Part shown: positions 50,851 through 61,542 of the stretch, one piece after another
How positions within the stretch are numbered: the stretch's first letter is position 1
Layout of the letters: each line of letters begins with the position of its first letter
Source: Nitrosopumilus sp.
GTDB taxonomy: Archaea > Thermoproteota > Nitrososphaeria > Nitrososphaerales > Nitrosopumilaceae
Length of the DNA: 64,000 nt
Reading direction: 5' to 3'
Assembly: GCA_965197525.1 (NCBI GenBank)
Contig: OZ240211.1
Location: 128,001 to 192,000 of the forward strand
Notes under the pieces: generated by a model
The model's database searches: none
The model's input: only the letters and a program-made list of their open reading frames with translations
What the model was told of the DNA's origin: nothing
Program-made: the position numbers and the translations under genes

Positions 50851-51471
50851 TTATTTCTTTATCTTTGTTGTAATCTCTATTCCATTACCTATAGGCACTG
50901 TTACTGTTCTGAGTTTGCAGTTCTTGTTCAGATGTGTTGAGAGTTTCTCCATATCCTGTCTGTATTTCTGAGGGTACAACATGTTATCGGTGACCACTAT
51001 TCCGCCTACTGATACCATTGGCAAAACCAAGTCAAAATACTTTATGACATTCTCTTTATCTGCATCAATTAAAACGAAATCAAAAAACTCTCTATTCTCT
51101 TTTTCTGCGTTTAACTGTGATAGTATATCCATTGCTAGGCCTCTCTTAATTATGATGTTGTTTTTTATACCTGCCTTGCGAAAATTCTTCTCTGCACGCC
51201 TGATCTTCTCTGCATCTTGCTCTATTGCGATGACCTTGCCTGACTGCTTCAAGACGGCTTCTGCACACCATATTGTTGAATATCCAACTGACATTCCAAT
51301 CTCCAGCGCATTCTTGGCATGTATAAGATGCATCATCATGTTTATCAGTCTTCCAGTGTCTTCAGTTATTGCAAGCATTCTCTCTTTTGGGGCCACATCT
51401 ACCTTTCTTGTTTTCTCAAGGTTTGATCGTTCTTCTAATGCTTCTAGTATGTCTAAGATAGATTTTTTCAT
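50851..51471 (-). CDS. O-methyltransferase (family 3-like, SAM-dependent)
   Basis: ALEIGMSVGYSTIW, FDFVLIDADK and GGIVVTDNML motifs. Confidence 0.85.
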   Translation of the reverse strand: MKKSILDILEALEERSNLEKTRKVDVAPKERMLAITEDTGRLINMMMHLIHAKNALEIGMSVGYSTIWCAEAVLKQSGKVIAIEQDAEKIRRAEKNFRKAGIKNNIIIKRGLAMDILSQLNAEKENREFFDFVLIDADKENVIKYFDLVLPMVSVGGIVVTDNMLYPQKYRQDMEKLSTHLNKNCKLRTVTVPIGNGIEITTKIKK

Positions 51472-51538
51472 TCTACTTGGATTGGTTTAGTTTTTAGAGA
51501 AATTTAAAGCGTTGTCTAAAAAATTTAATAGATTATAT

Positions 51539-52854
51539 GGCTCTGTCGCATTCACGAGTGGTAAAATAAAACCAAATAAATAAAAAAACACCTTTATTAA
51601 AAACAAGCCTTGTAATTTATAATAACATGCAAGCCATAAAATCAATAACACAAAAGCATACGCCAAACTCTGAACTAAAAGAGTTGATGGATACATTCAT
51701 AGAAATGGTAAACCTTTCCATTAGAATAGGACTAAAAGAAGATGTATACAATATGAAACGGTTGTCTTATCTATGTTATCATGAGTTAAATCAATATGAT
51801 ATCTTATCATCATACAAGCTCAATGCAATATCAAGGGCTGCTGGCATACTATCAAACAGAAGGCAATCAATAAAACGTGGCGTCAAAGTTAAATATCCAA
51901 AAATAAAAAAGCCATTTATCACTAATTGTTACGGTATAAAACACAATGGTGCACTACTAACAATACCATTCAAGAACAGGCAACCTATCAATATACTGTT
52001 AAATGATCACACTCAAAATATTCTGTCTGACCCTGAATTAACTATACGTTCATTTTCATTAAATGATGGCACCATTAGTATTTGTGTCTCAAAACAAATA
52101 GAAGAGATAGAGTGCTCCAATGTAGTAGGTATAGACAGAAACCTTAGAAATATCACATGTGGGAATGATGAAAAAGTAATGTTCTATAAAACTAACAAAC
52201 TGTTATCTATCAAAGAGAACACAATACATGCAAGAGCTGGTTTTCACAGAAATGATCGAAGAAAGAAAGGTCGATTCTGGAAGGTAAAACAGCAAAGAAT
52301 GGCCAATAGAACAAAACAATACATACACAAAATATCAAAAGATATTGTGGATAATGCCGTTAGTAAAAAGGCTGTAATTGTGTTAGAAAACTTGAAAGGA
52401 ATAAGAAAATTGTACAAGAAAGGAAATGGTCAAGGAAACAAGTATAGACGTAGATTGAATGGCTGGCAATTCTACGAGTTACAACGCCAAATAGAATACA
52501 AAGCCCAATGGGCTGGACTCCCAGTCAAATTTGTAGACCCAAAACGCACGAGCACGCAATGTCCAAGATGCGGAAAGAAACTCCAAGAGGACATGCAACA
52601 ACATCGTAAAATGTCGTGTAATAATTGTGGATTATTCATGGACAGAGACATCATAGCTGCCATGAACATATCACGCAAACTGTCCCCTAGGTTTAGGGAT
52701 AGTAGAGATGGCATAAGTGAAGCGCAGTCTGACGTTTTTGAATCAGCGATGATGGAACCCTGCAGACAGGTAATCCAGATAGTCGATATGTCAAAGTCCA
52801 GTGTTCTGAGTAATTGTTATTGTTAATAACACCACTCGTGAATGCAACAGAACC
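51539..52854 (+). mobile_element. TnpB element C with TIRs and 8-bp TSD
   Basis: 24-bp TIR with 2 mismatches: GGCTCTGTCGCATTCACGAGTGGT (51539-51562) vs 52831-52854. TSD GATTATAT at 51531-51538 and 52855-52862. Confidence 0.9.
51627..52826 (+). CDS. tnpB: TnpB family protein
   Basis: GIDRN, VLENLKGIR, CPRC/CNNC and DRDIIAAMNI motifs. Confidence 0.92.
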   Translation: MQAIKSITQKHTPNSELKELMDTFIEMVNLSIRIGLKEDVYNMKRLSYLCYHELNQYDILSSYKLNAISRAAGILSNRRQSIKRGVKVKYPKIKKPFITNCYGIKHNGALLTIPFKNRQPINILLNDHTQNILSDPELTIRSFSLNDGTISICVSKQIEEIECSNVVGIDRNLRNITCGNDEKVMFYKTNKLLSIKENTIHARAGFHRNDRRKKGRFWKVKQQRMANRTKQYIHKISKDIVDNAVSKKAVIVLENLKGIRKLYKKGNGQGNKYRRRLNGWQFYELQRQIEYKAQWAGLPVKFVDPKRTSTQCPRCGKKLQEDMQQHRKMSCNNCGLFMDRDIIAAMNISRKLSPRFRDSRDGISEAQSDVFESAMMEPCRQVIQIVDMSKSSVLSNCYC

Positions 52855-52886
52855 GATTATATTTAGCAAATAAATTTTCAAATCAT

Positions 52887-53264
52887 ATGGCAAGTCCAAA
52901 AATGGATCTCAAAGACATTATCTGCCAAATTCTGGAATTGGATTCTAAGATGAGATTTGCGGCAATAATTAACAAGAAAGGCGTGATCAGAGAGGCCATA
53001 ATAAAGGTTGACAAAACTGTGCTGAAAACTCAGCAAGAAGAGGAACATTTCTGTTATCAGGTTGCACAGAGACGAACTATGAGACATGAGTTTGATAAAT
53101 CTCTTGGAAAGGTACGATATGTTCATGTTGAACGCGAAAAGGTCTCTCAGATGGTCATATATACAAAAAAGAACACCATCTACTTTACCATGGAACCTGA
53201 GATGCCAATTAACACAAAAATCCAGATTGTCAACAAAGTTAAAAACATCACTACCAACATTTAA
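52887..53264 (+). CDS. Thaumarchaeal roadblock/PAS-like protein (DUF6659-like)
   Basis: KMRFAAIINKKG, RHEFDKSLGKVRYVHVEREKV; start adjusted to lie outside element C. Confidence 0.6.
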   Translation: MASPKMDLKDIICQILELDSKMRFAAIINKKGVIREAIIKVDKTVLKTQQEEEHFCYQVAQRRTMRHEFDKSLGKVRYVHVEREKVSQMVIYTKKNTIYFTMEPEMPINTKIQIVNKVKNITTNI

Positions 53265-53297
53265 GATCTTTAAATCACTGTTTAGTTTTAGACTGTT

Positions 53298-53654
53298 ATG
53301 TCATCTCTCAAGTATATCGGTGACTCAAAGATGTTCGAGTATGACAAGTATTATCATATGTGTAAAGAACAGATGAAGCCGTTTATCAAGGCAAAGAAGA
53401 GTTCAATACATGGAAATTATTTTGTTCAAATTGATCTGATGACTTGTGGGTACACTATGTCAAAACTAGAGCAGCGTCTTGTACAGGAATTGATCGAAGA
53501 TGAGATACAGTATGTAGAGTCTGAGTCACGGTATGCATTTCGTGGATTTAATATTGACAAAGAGCTTGCATGGTTTGATGGTGTGTCAGTTGAGCACGTT
53601 GATAGTTTTTGTAACAGTCTTTATGATATAGCTCAAAAACATCACAGCAACTAG
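53298..53654 (+). CDS. Hypothetical protein
   Basis: 118-aa ORF; no recognised motif. Confidence 0.55.
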   Translation: MSSLKYIGDSKMFEYDKYYHMCKEQMKPFIKAKKSSIHGNYFVQIDLMTCGYTMSKLEQRLVQELIEDEIQYVESESRYAFRGFNIDKELAWFDGVSVEHVDSFCNSLYDIAQKHHSN

Positions 53655-53938
53655 TGACTATCTGGCAGAATTTGGTGTTTATCTGATTGTTTGATTTTCA
53701 AACGGACAATCTGCTTTTTTAATCTGTCCTCATCATCCTCATCCTCATCCTCATCATCAATCCAAAAACTTATCTCTAGCTGAATTCATATCATGTTGTT
53801 AATTGGCTAGATTGAGAAATATGTTGAATACTCTACATTCTGTCTCAAATAATTAAACGGTTTGATGTTTGAGCCAGTATTGCTGGATGCCAATTAACAA
53901 TCAAAACTCTTTTGTGGAAGACTCTGTTTCATGCTTTT

Positions 53939-54202
53939 ATGACACGAACGATATTCATCAAAGAGATAATTACCATACTAAAAGAGCCTAAACTCTGTCC
54001 GACTTGTCAACGTGGTGATAGATTGGAGGCTAGTATCATAAAAGAAGAGAGGTCAAATGGCAAAACCATCTTGTGTTCTAGATGTGAGGCATTGATCGTA
54101 ATCACAAACTATAAGCTATCTTGCGTGGAACTATCCTCAATTAGAGATGACCATACCATTATGCTCAAAGAACCACATCTGATTAGGATGGTAAGATACT
54201 AG
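53939..54202 (+). CDS. Small zinc-finger hypothetical protein
   Basis: CPTC...CSRC; start adjusted to MTRTIFIKE. Confidence 0.65.
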   Translation: MTRTIFIKEIITILKEPKLCPTCQRGDRLEASIIKEERSNGKTILCSRCEALIVITNYKLSCVELSSIRDDHTIMLKEPHLIRMVRY

Positions 54203-54310
54203 CTAGATTTTTTACAATCTGTCTCTAGTTTGTTCACTAGTAATCCTGCATATGTCTTGTCATCTTGAATTGTGATTTTTTTAGTTTGTTTGGGTATAAT
54301 TATACGATAA

Positions 54311-55642
54311 GGTTCTGTTGGGTTAACGGGTGTTGATCAGAAATTATACTCATAACACTAAATATAGATAACCTTAAACCGTACAATACTTGTTGAGAGC
54401 AATAAAGTCAATAGCACAAAAACATACACCAAACTCTGACCTAATGGACATGATGATCACGTTCACAGACATGGTTAACCGTTGTATCAAGATAGGGCTA
54501 AAGGAAGATACCCACAACATGAAACGGTTGTCTATGTTATGCTATCCCGAATTACGTCACTACGACATCCTATCTTCATACAAGCTCAATGCAATATCAC
54601 GAGCTGCTGGCATCCTGGCAAACAGAGATCAGTCAGTCAAACGTGGCCTCAAAGTAAAAGATCCAATTATCAAAAATCCGTTTATCACTAATTGTTACCG
54701 TATAAAACACAACGGCGCCTTACTCACAATTCCATACAAGCCAAGAAATCCAATTAACATCCTACTCGACGAACATACTCAAAAAATACTGTCTGATCCC
54801 GCCTTGGCAGTGCGCTCGTTTTCATTGACTGCTCTCAACATCAGTCTTTGTATTTCAAAAAAAGTACAGGAGATAGAGTGCACCAAGACAGTGGGAGTAG
54901 ACAGAAACCTTAGAAACGTCACATGCGGAAATGAAGAAGAGGTAACATTCTACAAAACCAACAAGTTACTCTCAATCAAAGAGAACACAATACATGCCAG
55001 ATCTGGTTTCCGTAGAAACGACAAAAGAAAGAAAGGTCAATTCTACAAAGAAAAACAGAGAAGAATGTCAAACAGGACAAAACAGTACATACACAGAATC
55101 TCAAAAAACATAGTAGACAATGCAGTCAAGAAAAAGGCTGTCATTGTTCTAGAAAATCTAAAGGGAATTAGAAAACTGTACAGAAAAGGAAACAATCAAG
55201 GCAACAAATACAGACGTAGATTGAACGGATGGCAATTCTTTGAACTACAAAGACAAATAGAATACAAAGCCCAATGGGTCGGGCTACCTGTAAAAACAGT
55301 AGACCCAAAAAACACGAGCACGCAGTGTCCGCAATGCGGAAAGAGACTCCAAGAGGACATGCAACAACATCGTAAATCATCGTGTAATAATTGCGGTTTG
55401 TTTATGGACAGGGATATCATCGCTGCCATGAACATATCACGCAAACTGTCTCCTAGGTTTAGAGATAGTAGAGATGGCATACATGAAGCGCAGTCCGGTG
55501 TTTTTGAACCGGCGATGGCGGAACCCTGCAGACCGGTAATCCGAATAGTCGATATGTCAAAGTCGAGTAGTCAATGTGTTGTTGATGGTTGTGGAATCTG
55601 ACATGATCCTCAGCAGTCAACACCCGTTAACCCAACAGAACC
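54311..55642 (+). mobile_element. TnpB element D with perfect 26-bp TIRs, no matching TSD
   Basis: GGTTCTGTTGGGTTAACGGGTGTTGA at 54311-54336 with its reverse complement at 55617-55642. Flanks TACGATAA and ATAATATA differ. Confidence 0.88.
54390..55601 (+). CDS. tnpB: TnpB family protein
   Basis: GVDRN, VLENLKGIR, CPQC/CNNC and DRDIIAAMNI motifs. Confidence 0.92.
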   Translation: MLRAIKSIAQKHTPNSDLMDMMITFTDMVNRCIKIGLKEDTHNMKRLSMLCYPELRHYDILSSYKLNAISRAAGILANRDQSVKRGLKVKDPIIKNPFITNCYRIKHNGALLTIPYKPRNPINILLDEHTQKILSDPALAVRSFSLTALNISLCISKKVQEIECTKTVGVDRNLRNVTCGNEEEVTFYKTNKLLSIKENTIHARSGFRRNDKRKKGQFYKEKQRRMSNRTKQYIHRISKNIVDNAVKKKAVIVLENLKGIRKLYRKGNNQGNKYRRRLNGWQFFELQRQIEYKAQWVGLPVKTVDPKNTSTQCPQCGKRLQEDMQQHRKSSCNNCGLFMDRDIIAAMNISRKLSPRFRDSRDGIHEAQSGVFEPAMAEPCRPVIRIVDMSKSSSQCVVDGCGI

Positions 55643-55996
55643 ATAATATAGTCATAGTTTGTAATACAAACAGCTGCTGATGATTAATCCACCTTCTAAG
55701 CTATGCTGAACTATGATGAGTTTGCCGAATTATGAAGCGCGTTTTCTAAAATATACGTTTATACATTTTTAAAAATTTATCCGGACATTAAATGTAAATA
55801 GCTGTACCATATATGTCAAAATAACACTGACAGTTTCGTACGTGTTGTAAACTGGAATAATTTTTATCTTACATGATAAAATTTTGTATGTATTTTAATT
55901 CAGTTTTCTGATTTACTGTTTGGTTATCTCCATTTAGAATTTGTAATAATATACACTTTAACGCATATTTTCATTATAACATATTGCAGATATTAA

Positions 55997-56437
55997 CTAA
56001 ATATCCTGATTCTCCTTTAGTAGATTCTTTCTGACAAGTATTGGAATGTTATAAAACACTCCTAGCGCTATGGCATCTGATGCGCGATAGTTCTTTAATA
56101 CTAGATCTTTTTTGCCTGTAAAATACAAGTTTGCGCGTAACACTTGACCGCTCTCGTAAACTTTTACTTTGACTAGAACCATCTCATTTTCTTCGCATAT
56201 CTCTTCGAGCATCTGGTATATTGATGGCGGTGCATCCATGTCATCATTTTGCTGTTTTGTTTGACTAAAACCTATGATCTGCCGCGCTACCTCGCCTGAA
56301 AACGCTCTCATGTGGAACTCTTTATGGTTGCCATTCTTCAGTATGACCATTCCTTCAATCCCGTATGGGTCAACAAACCCAATATAGCCAATATGAACAG
56401 AATCATAATCAATCTCTTGGGCTTGATCAATTTTCAT
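55997..56437 (-). CDS. Bifunctional nuclease (DUF151/BFN) family protein
   Basis: PSIYQML and YRASDAIALG..YNIPILV pattern. Confidence 0.75.
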   Translation of the reverse strand: MKIDQAQEIDYDSVHIGYIGFVDPYGIEGMVILKNGNHKEFHMRAFSGEVARQIIGFSQTKQQNDDMDAPPSIYQMLEEICEENEMVLVKVKVYESGQVLRANLYFTGKKDLVLKNYRASDAIALGVFYNIPILVRKNLLKENQDI

Positions 56438-56568
56438 AGTATCTAAAAATTTGATTTACTATTTATAAAGATACTAAAACAGTAAAGGATTCAAAGAAAG
56501 AAATATCACTAAACAGTCAAACATACGCAGTCAATAATTATTTAAAATCAATAATAAAGTATACCGTA

Positions 56569-58389
56569 ATGTCAGAGAATCCTCGCAAGTCTACATCTTA
56601 TGCTCTAAATAAATCTGTGACAAACTACATGAACAAAGATGTATTGACACTCAATCTTAATACCAAAACTAGAGTAGCTGCTAGGATGCTCCATCGCAAT
56701 GAAGCAGACGACATTGTGGTAGTCGATGAGAATAAACTTCCTGTGGGAATAGTCACTGATGAGGACATTCTAAGTAAGGTAAGTGACGTTACTGTTTATG
56801 CAGAGACCACTCTATTAAAGGACATTATGAGCACTCCCTTAATTACAATAGGTGAGAAATCAACCCTCAAAGAAGCTTTACGTGTAATGAAAGACCATAA
56901 GATTAGAAAGCTTCCGGTAATAACAAAGAAGAATGAGCTAGTTGGTATCATACTTCAATCAGTCATCGCAAATGTTATCAGGAATGCCACGTATACCACG
57001 CCTCGTCTCTTGAGTCCACCTGTAAAGGCCATATTGGGTAATCTGGGGTTTGTATTACAGTTTGCAGGGGTGTTACTACTGGTACCTGCAATACTTGCCA
57101 CGGTACTCGAAGATACTACCACGGCTACCGGCATATATCTTACCACTGTACTGTTACTGGTTACGGGATTCTTTCTGAACTCGTATGGTGAAAAGTCCAA
57201 CCTCAACTTGCAGCAGGCATCCATACTTGTCTTTTCAAGCTTGTTTTTACTGTCGCTGTTTGGCACCATACCTTATCTGTATGTATTTCCAAACGATGCA
57301 ACTGACATTGACGTGTTTAGTAACGCATTCTTTTCAAGTGCTGCCGGATTTACGACAGGAGGCATATCACTGTTTGACCAACCCGAGGAACTCTCTCAGA
57401 GTTTTACATTCTTTCGTAGCTATACCCAGCTTGTAGGAGGAATGAGTTTCATCTACCTTGTGATTACGGCATTTTATCCTGAATCCAAACTTCAAGCCAT
57501 GCGTAGTTTTATCTCTGGGCGAACGCTTCACATGAAAGAGCTTTTCATAACCATTACAGTAATCTTTGCAATCTATATTGCGATTGTAGCTGTTTTGCTG
57601 TATCTTTTTGGTGAGCGAAATATTATTGATAACTTTTCGCTTGCTATGAGTACACTTGCCACAGGCGGATTTACACCTACATCTACCATTTTTGACGGGT
57701 TTGTATGGCAGGAATATGTTATACTGATGGGTGCAATGATACTCGGAGCTCTTCCGTTTACATTTCATTACGGATTTGTGAGAAAAAAGTTCCTCTCACC
57801 AAAACTTGGCAAAGAGGTGCTAACATATTTTGCAATACTGGGTGGTGCAATCGTATTGTTTATGGGAGTTAGTGGATTGGATCCTTTACAAAGCGCGTTT
57901 TATTCTGTATCAGCTAGTACCACTGCCGGACTCCAACAAGAGAGTCTTGCAGGGTTGAGTGGTAGTGCGCATACCATCTTGATAATATTGATGTTTGTTG
58001 GGGGATGTGGATTCTCGACTGCTGGCGGTTTGAAGATCTTCCGCCTGTTTCATTTAAAGGATCTTCGTGCATTTCTAACAAAAGCCAAAAGATCGCAACT
58101 CTCTGATCAGACAAAAAAAGAGTTGATATCGACCCTCGTTATTATTATGCTGTTTCCGATTATAGCTTCAATTGCAGGACTACATCTTGCAGTAATTGAG
58201 GATGTCTCATATCAGGATGCATTTTTTGAGGCAGTGGGAGTTATTACTACTGGTGGACTGTCTGCAGGGGTAATTGATGTGGATACAGATTCTGCTACAA
58301 AGATAGTCTTGGGATTTTTGATGATATTTGGAAGATTGGAGATAATTGCAATAATTTACATCTTTGTTCCCAAGCTTAGTTCTACATGA
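56569..58389 (+). CDS. trkH: TrkH-family potassium uptake membrane protein with N-terminal CBS pair
   Basis: CBS motifs (GIVTDEDIL, KIRKLPV) and pore loops SAAGFTTGG, LATGGFT, STTAG, TTGGLS; FGRLE near the C-terminus. Confidence 0.88.
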   Translation: MSENPRKSTSYALNKSVTNYMNKDVLTLNLNTKTRVAARMLHRNEADDIVVVDENKLPVGIVTDEDILSKVSDVTVYAETTLLKDIMSTPLITIGEKSTLKEALRVMKDHKIRKLPVITKKNELVGIILQSVIANVIRNATYTTPRLLSPPVKAILGNLGFVLQFAGVLLLVPAILATVLEDTTTATGIYLTTVLLLVTGFFLNSYGEKSNLNLQQASILVFSSLFLLSLFGTIPYLYVFPNDATDIDVFSNAFFSSAAGFTTGGISLFDQPEELSQSFTFFRSYTQLVGGMSFIYLVITAFYPESKLQAMRSFISGRTLHMKELFITITVIFAIYIAIVAVLLYLFGERNIIDNFSLAMSTLATGGFTPTSTIFDGFVWQEYVILMGAMILGALPFTFHYGFVRKKFLSPKLGKEVLTYFAILGGAIVLFMGVSGLDPLQSAFYSVSASTTAGLQQESLAGLSGSAHTILIILMFVGGCGFSTAGGLKIFRLFHLKDLRAFLTKAKRSQLSDQTKKELISTLVIIMLFPIIASIAGLHLAVIEDVSYQDAFFEAVGVITTGGLSAGVIDVDTDSATKIVLGFLMIFGRLEIIAIIYIFVPKLSST

Positions 58390-58458
58390 GGCGTTATATC
58401 CGTACTTGATATAGTAGTTTGAGATAAAATTTAATTTGACAAGGTGGCACATCAAATT

Positions 58459-59304
58459 ATGAGTAATGAACGCGTCAATACAAACAAAGGAAAGCGACTC
58501 ATTATTCTGGGATTTGTAACTATTGCAATCTTGTTCATAGTTTATGGAAGGTATCAAAACTCTGAGCTTTTAACGCCTAGTGCAATTGATTCTATACAGA
58601 GAATCGCATACGGATTTTATATCACACTGATAGCATCGTTTGGCGCTATTGCATTTGGAATGTATACATATCACAAAGAAAAAATAAAAGAGCAGCAAGG
58701 CAAACTAGCACTAGTAAATACATTTGGCATCATTGCACTGGTAACGCAAACCAGTCGTGCCCGCAACGTGTTTGTTCTAACCTTTATCATATATGGGGCA
58801 TTCTTCTCCCTAGCATCAGGAACACTTGTGTATCAACCAGAGGTTAATTTTGTCACTCATTACGGGGCTACAATTCCGTCTGGATTTGTTGCACCGTGCT
58901 GTGATGAACCAGGATACATGCCAAAGATTATTCTATATGTAACTGAGCATGTAGGGCTGCAGATCATTCCAATTAATCTGGTACTGCAACTTGTTGTATC
59001 ATATTTAGTTGGGTTAAATGCGGCAGTTGCTGTAACTGCATACAGGATATCAAAGAGAGATAGTGGCGCAAGTACGATAGGGGCTGCTGCTGGTCTGTTT
59101 ATTGCATGTCCTACATGTGCTGGTACGTTCTTGTCTGTATTTGTAGGTACGGCAAGTGGTATTGCATTCTCTGTTGCAATAGCTCAACTACAGACATTGT
59201 TTATCGCAATATCTATTCCTGTACTAGTAGTCATACCTTATATCATGGCAAAAAAGTTGCAAAATCCTGATGATGGCAGCTGTAAGATAGATTTTACAAA
59301 ATAG
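58459..59304 (+). CDS. Multi-pass membrane protein with CC and CxxC motifs
   Basis: About six TM segments; APCCDEP and ACPTCAG. Confidence 0.7.
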   Translation: MSNERVNTNKGKRLIILGFVTIAILFIVYGRYQNSELLTPSAIDSIQRIAYGFYITLIASFGAIAFGMYTYHKEKIKEQQGKLALVNTFGIIALVTQTSRARNVFVLTFIIYGAFFSLASGTLVYQPEVNFVTHYGATIPSGFVAPCCDEPGYMPKIILYVTEHVGLQIIPINLVLQLVVSYLVGLNAAVAVTAYRISKRDSGASTIGAAAGLFIACPTCAGTFLSVFVGTASGIAFSVAIAQLQTLFIAISIPVLVVIPYIMAKKLQNPDDGSCKIDFTK

Positions 59305-59335
59305 ACTTTGTGCATCAAACCAGATTATAGTACAT

Positions 59336-59343
59336 TTAAATAA
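59336..59343 (+). promoter_or_regulatory. TATA box of atpA
   Basis: TTTAAATA ending about 22 nt before the ATG at 59366, the spacing expected for a leaderless archaeal transcript. Confidence 0.45.
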
Positions 59344-59365
59344 AACAATTTTTGACTCGTATTAT

Positions 59366-61141
59366 ATGACAGCAGCAGGTAGAATTATTTGGGTGAGTGG
59401 CCCTGCTGTTAAAGCAGATGGCATGTCTTCTGCAAAGATGTACGAGACCGTTACTGTCGGTGACTCGAAGCTTATAGGTGAGGTCATCAGATTAACTGGC
59501 GATGTAGCATTTATCCAAGTTTACGAATCAACAAGCGGACTAAAACCAGGTGAGCCTGTAATCGGTACTGGAAATCCTCTTAGCGTTTTGTTAGGGCCTG
59601 GAATTATAGGGCAGATTTATGACGGTATTCAAAGACCGCTTCGAGATTTATCAAAGGTCTCAGGCTCATTTATCGGAAGAGGTATTACAACTAGTGCAGT
59701 TGATATGACAAAAAAACATCATTTTGTCCCAACTGTAAGTAATGGAGACAAAGTCTCTGCAGGCAATATAGTCGGAACTGTTCAAGAGACTGATCTTCTA
59801 GACCACTCCATTATGCTTCCACCGGATCACAAGGGTGGAAAGATTGCTAATCTGGTATCTGAGGGCGATTATGATTTAGAGACAGTTATTGCTACCATTG
59901 AGCGAGACGGTCATGAACCCACTCCACTTAAAATGTATCATAAATGGCCTGTTAGAAAACCACGTCCATATCAAAATAGATACGATCCTACAGTTCCGCT
60001 GTTAACTGGACAGCGTATTATAGATACATTCTTCCCAATAGCAAAAGGTGGTACTGGTTCAATTCCTGGAGCATTTGGAACAGGAAAGACTGTGACACTA
60101 CATCAGATTGCTAAATGGGCTGACTCCCAAGTTGTTGTTTACATTGGTTGCGGTGAGAGAGGAAACGAGATGACTGAAGTGCTAGTAGAGTTTCCACACT
60201 TAAAGGATCCACGTAGTGGAAAACCATTAATGGATAGGACTGTTCTTGTTGCAAATACCAGTAATATGCCGGTAGCTGCAAGAGAAGCAAGTATCTATAC
60301 CGGTGTAACTATTGCAGAATATTATCGAGATATGGGCAAAGATGTTGTTCTAGTAGCAGATTCCACTAGCCGATGGGCTGAATCATTAAGAGAGATGAGT
60401 GGAAGATTAGAGGAGATGCCTGCAGAAGAAGGCTATCCGTCGTATCTTGCATCACGATTAGCAGAATTTTATGAGAGAGCAGGACGTGTTAAAGCAGTAG
60501 GAAGTCCTGACAGAGACGGTTCAGTCACCCTTGTTGGTGCTGTATCCCCATCAGGTGGTGATTTTACGGAACCAGTAACTACACACACCATGAGATTTAT
60601 CAAGACTTTTTGGGCATTAGATGCAAAACTTGCATATTCTAGGCATTATCCATCCATTAACTGGATGGGTAGTTATTCAGGATATCTTAATGATGTATCA
60701 GAATGGTGGCACAAAAACGTCAACGAATCATGGTATAACATCCGACAGGAAATATATGTTATCCTGCAAAAAGAGGATACATTAAAAGAGATAGTCAAAC
60801 TTTTAGGACCTGATTCACTACCTGATGAAGAAAAACTCATACTTGAAGTTGCTAGAATGATCAAACTTGGAGTGCTACAACAAAACTCTTTTGATGACAT
60901 TGACACATATTGTAGCCCAGAAAAACAATTCAAACTTTTGGAGGTGTTAATGTCATTTTATAACCATGGGTTACAAGCGCTAAAACAAGGCGCACAACTC
61001 AAAGATATCACATCATTAGATATCGTTCCAACAATAACAAAGGCAAAAATGAGTATACCAGACAATGATTTGGACCAATTTGAAAAAATAAAATCCGACA
61101 TAGACAAACAATTTGGAACTTTAAAGTGTGTTGCCAAATAA
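59366..61141 (+). CDS. atpA: A/V-type ATP synthase subunit A
   Basis: GAFGTGKT Walker [21 protein letters not shown] and [10 protein letters not shown] motifs. Confidence 0.95.
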   Translation: MTAAGRIIWVSGPAVKADGMSSAKMYETVTVGDSKLIGEVIRLTGDVAFIQVYESTSGLKPGEPVIGTGNPLSVLLGPGIIGQIYDGIQRPLRDLSKVSGSFIGRGITTSAVDMTKKHHFVPTVSNGDKVSAGNIVGTVQETDLLDHSIMLPPDHKGGKIANLVSEGDYDLETVIATIERDGHEPTPLKMYHKWPVRKPRPYQNRYDPTVPLLTGQRIIDTFFPIAKGGTGSIPGAFGTGKTVTLHQIAKWADSQVVVYIGCGERGNEMTEVLVEFPHLKDPRSGKPLMDRTVLVANTSNMPVAAREASIYTGVTIAEYYRDMGKDVVLVADSTSRWAESLREMSGRLEEMPAEEGYPSYLASRLAEFYERAGRVKAVGSPDRDGSVTLVGAVSPSGGDFTEPVTTHTMRFIKTFWALDAKLAYSRHYPSINWMGSYSGYLNDVSEWWHKNVNESWYNIRQEIYVILQKEDTLKEIVKLLGPDSLPDEEKLILEVARMIKLGVLQQNSFDDIDTYCSPEKQFKLLEVLMSFYNHGLQALKQGAQLKDITSLDIVPTITKAKMSIPDNDLDQFEKIKSDIDKQFGTLKCVAK

Positions 61142-61296
61142 TTTTAAGCACATAACAAACCATACCAGATAATCCAAAGCAATCTAGTTTATCATTTGGG
61201 AATCGATACCTATATTTGAAATTCAGTATATTTGCCCAAACTTCTCTGAAAATAACTGATTAAATCCTTTTAAATGAATTCTTAATTGTTAGCCCT

Positions 61297-61542
61297 ATGG
61301 CAATAAGTTCAGCAGCAGAATATGTGGATTTTTTTGTTAATCTGAATATGCCTGATGTCAGTTTGCTCAGTTTTGCTAATAATGAGAGAATGACTCTAAA
61401 ACATAGGCTAAAGTACAAGAATCAAGATGTCGAATCAATCAAGCTAGGAATATCTATTCTTGAAGGATTAATAAAGGATATTTCTATCATAGGTGAAAGG
61501 CAGATTATAGAGAGGTATGTAAATAAGGGTCTGTTGGATTAA
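61297..61542 (+). CDS. Hypothetical protein; last codons supplied by the left end of element E
   Basis: 81-aa ORF runs through the TSD into the TIR (…YVNK|GLLD stop). Confidence 0.6.
   Translation: MAISSAAEYVDFFVNLNMPDVSLLSFANNERMTLKHRLKYKNQDVESIKLGISILEGLIKDISIIGERQIIERYVNKGLLD

Noticed and set aside
50888-50910. GTTCTGAGT as a target of element C's putative guide
   Set aside because: Only 9 nt match before divergence, which is within chance.
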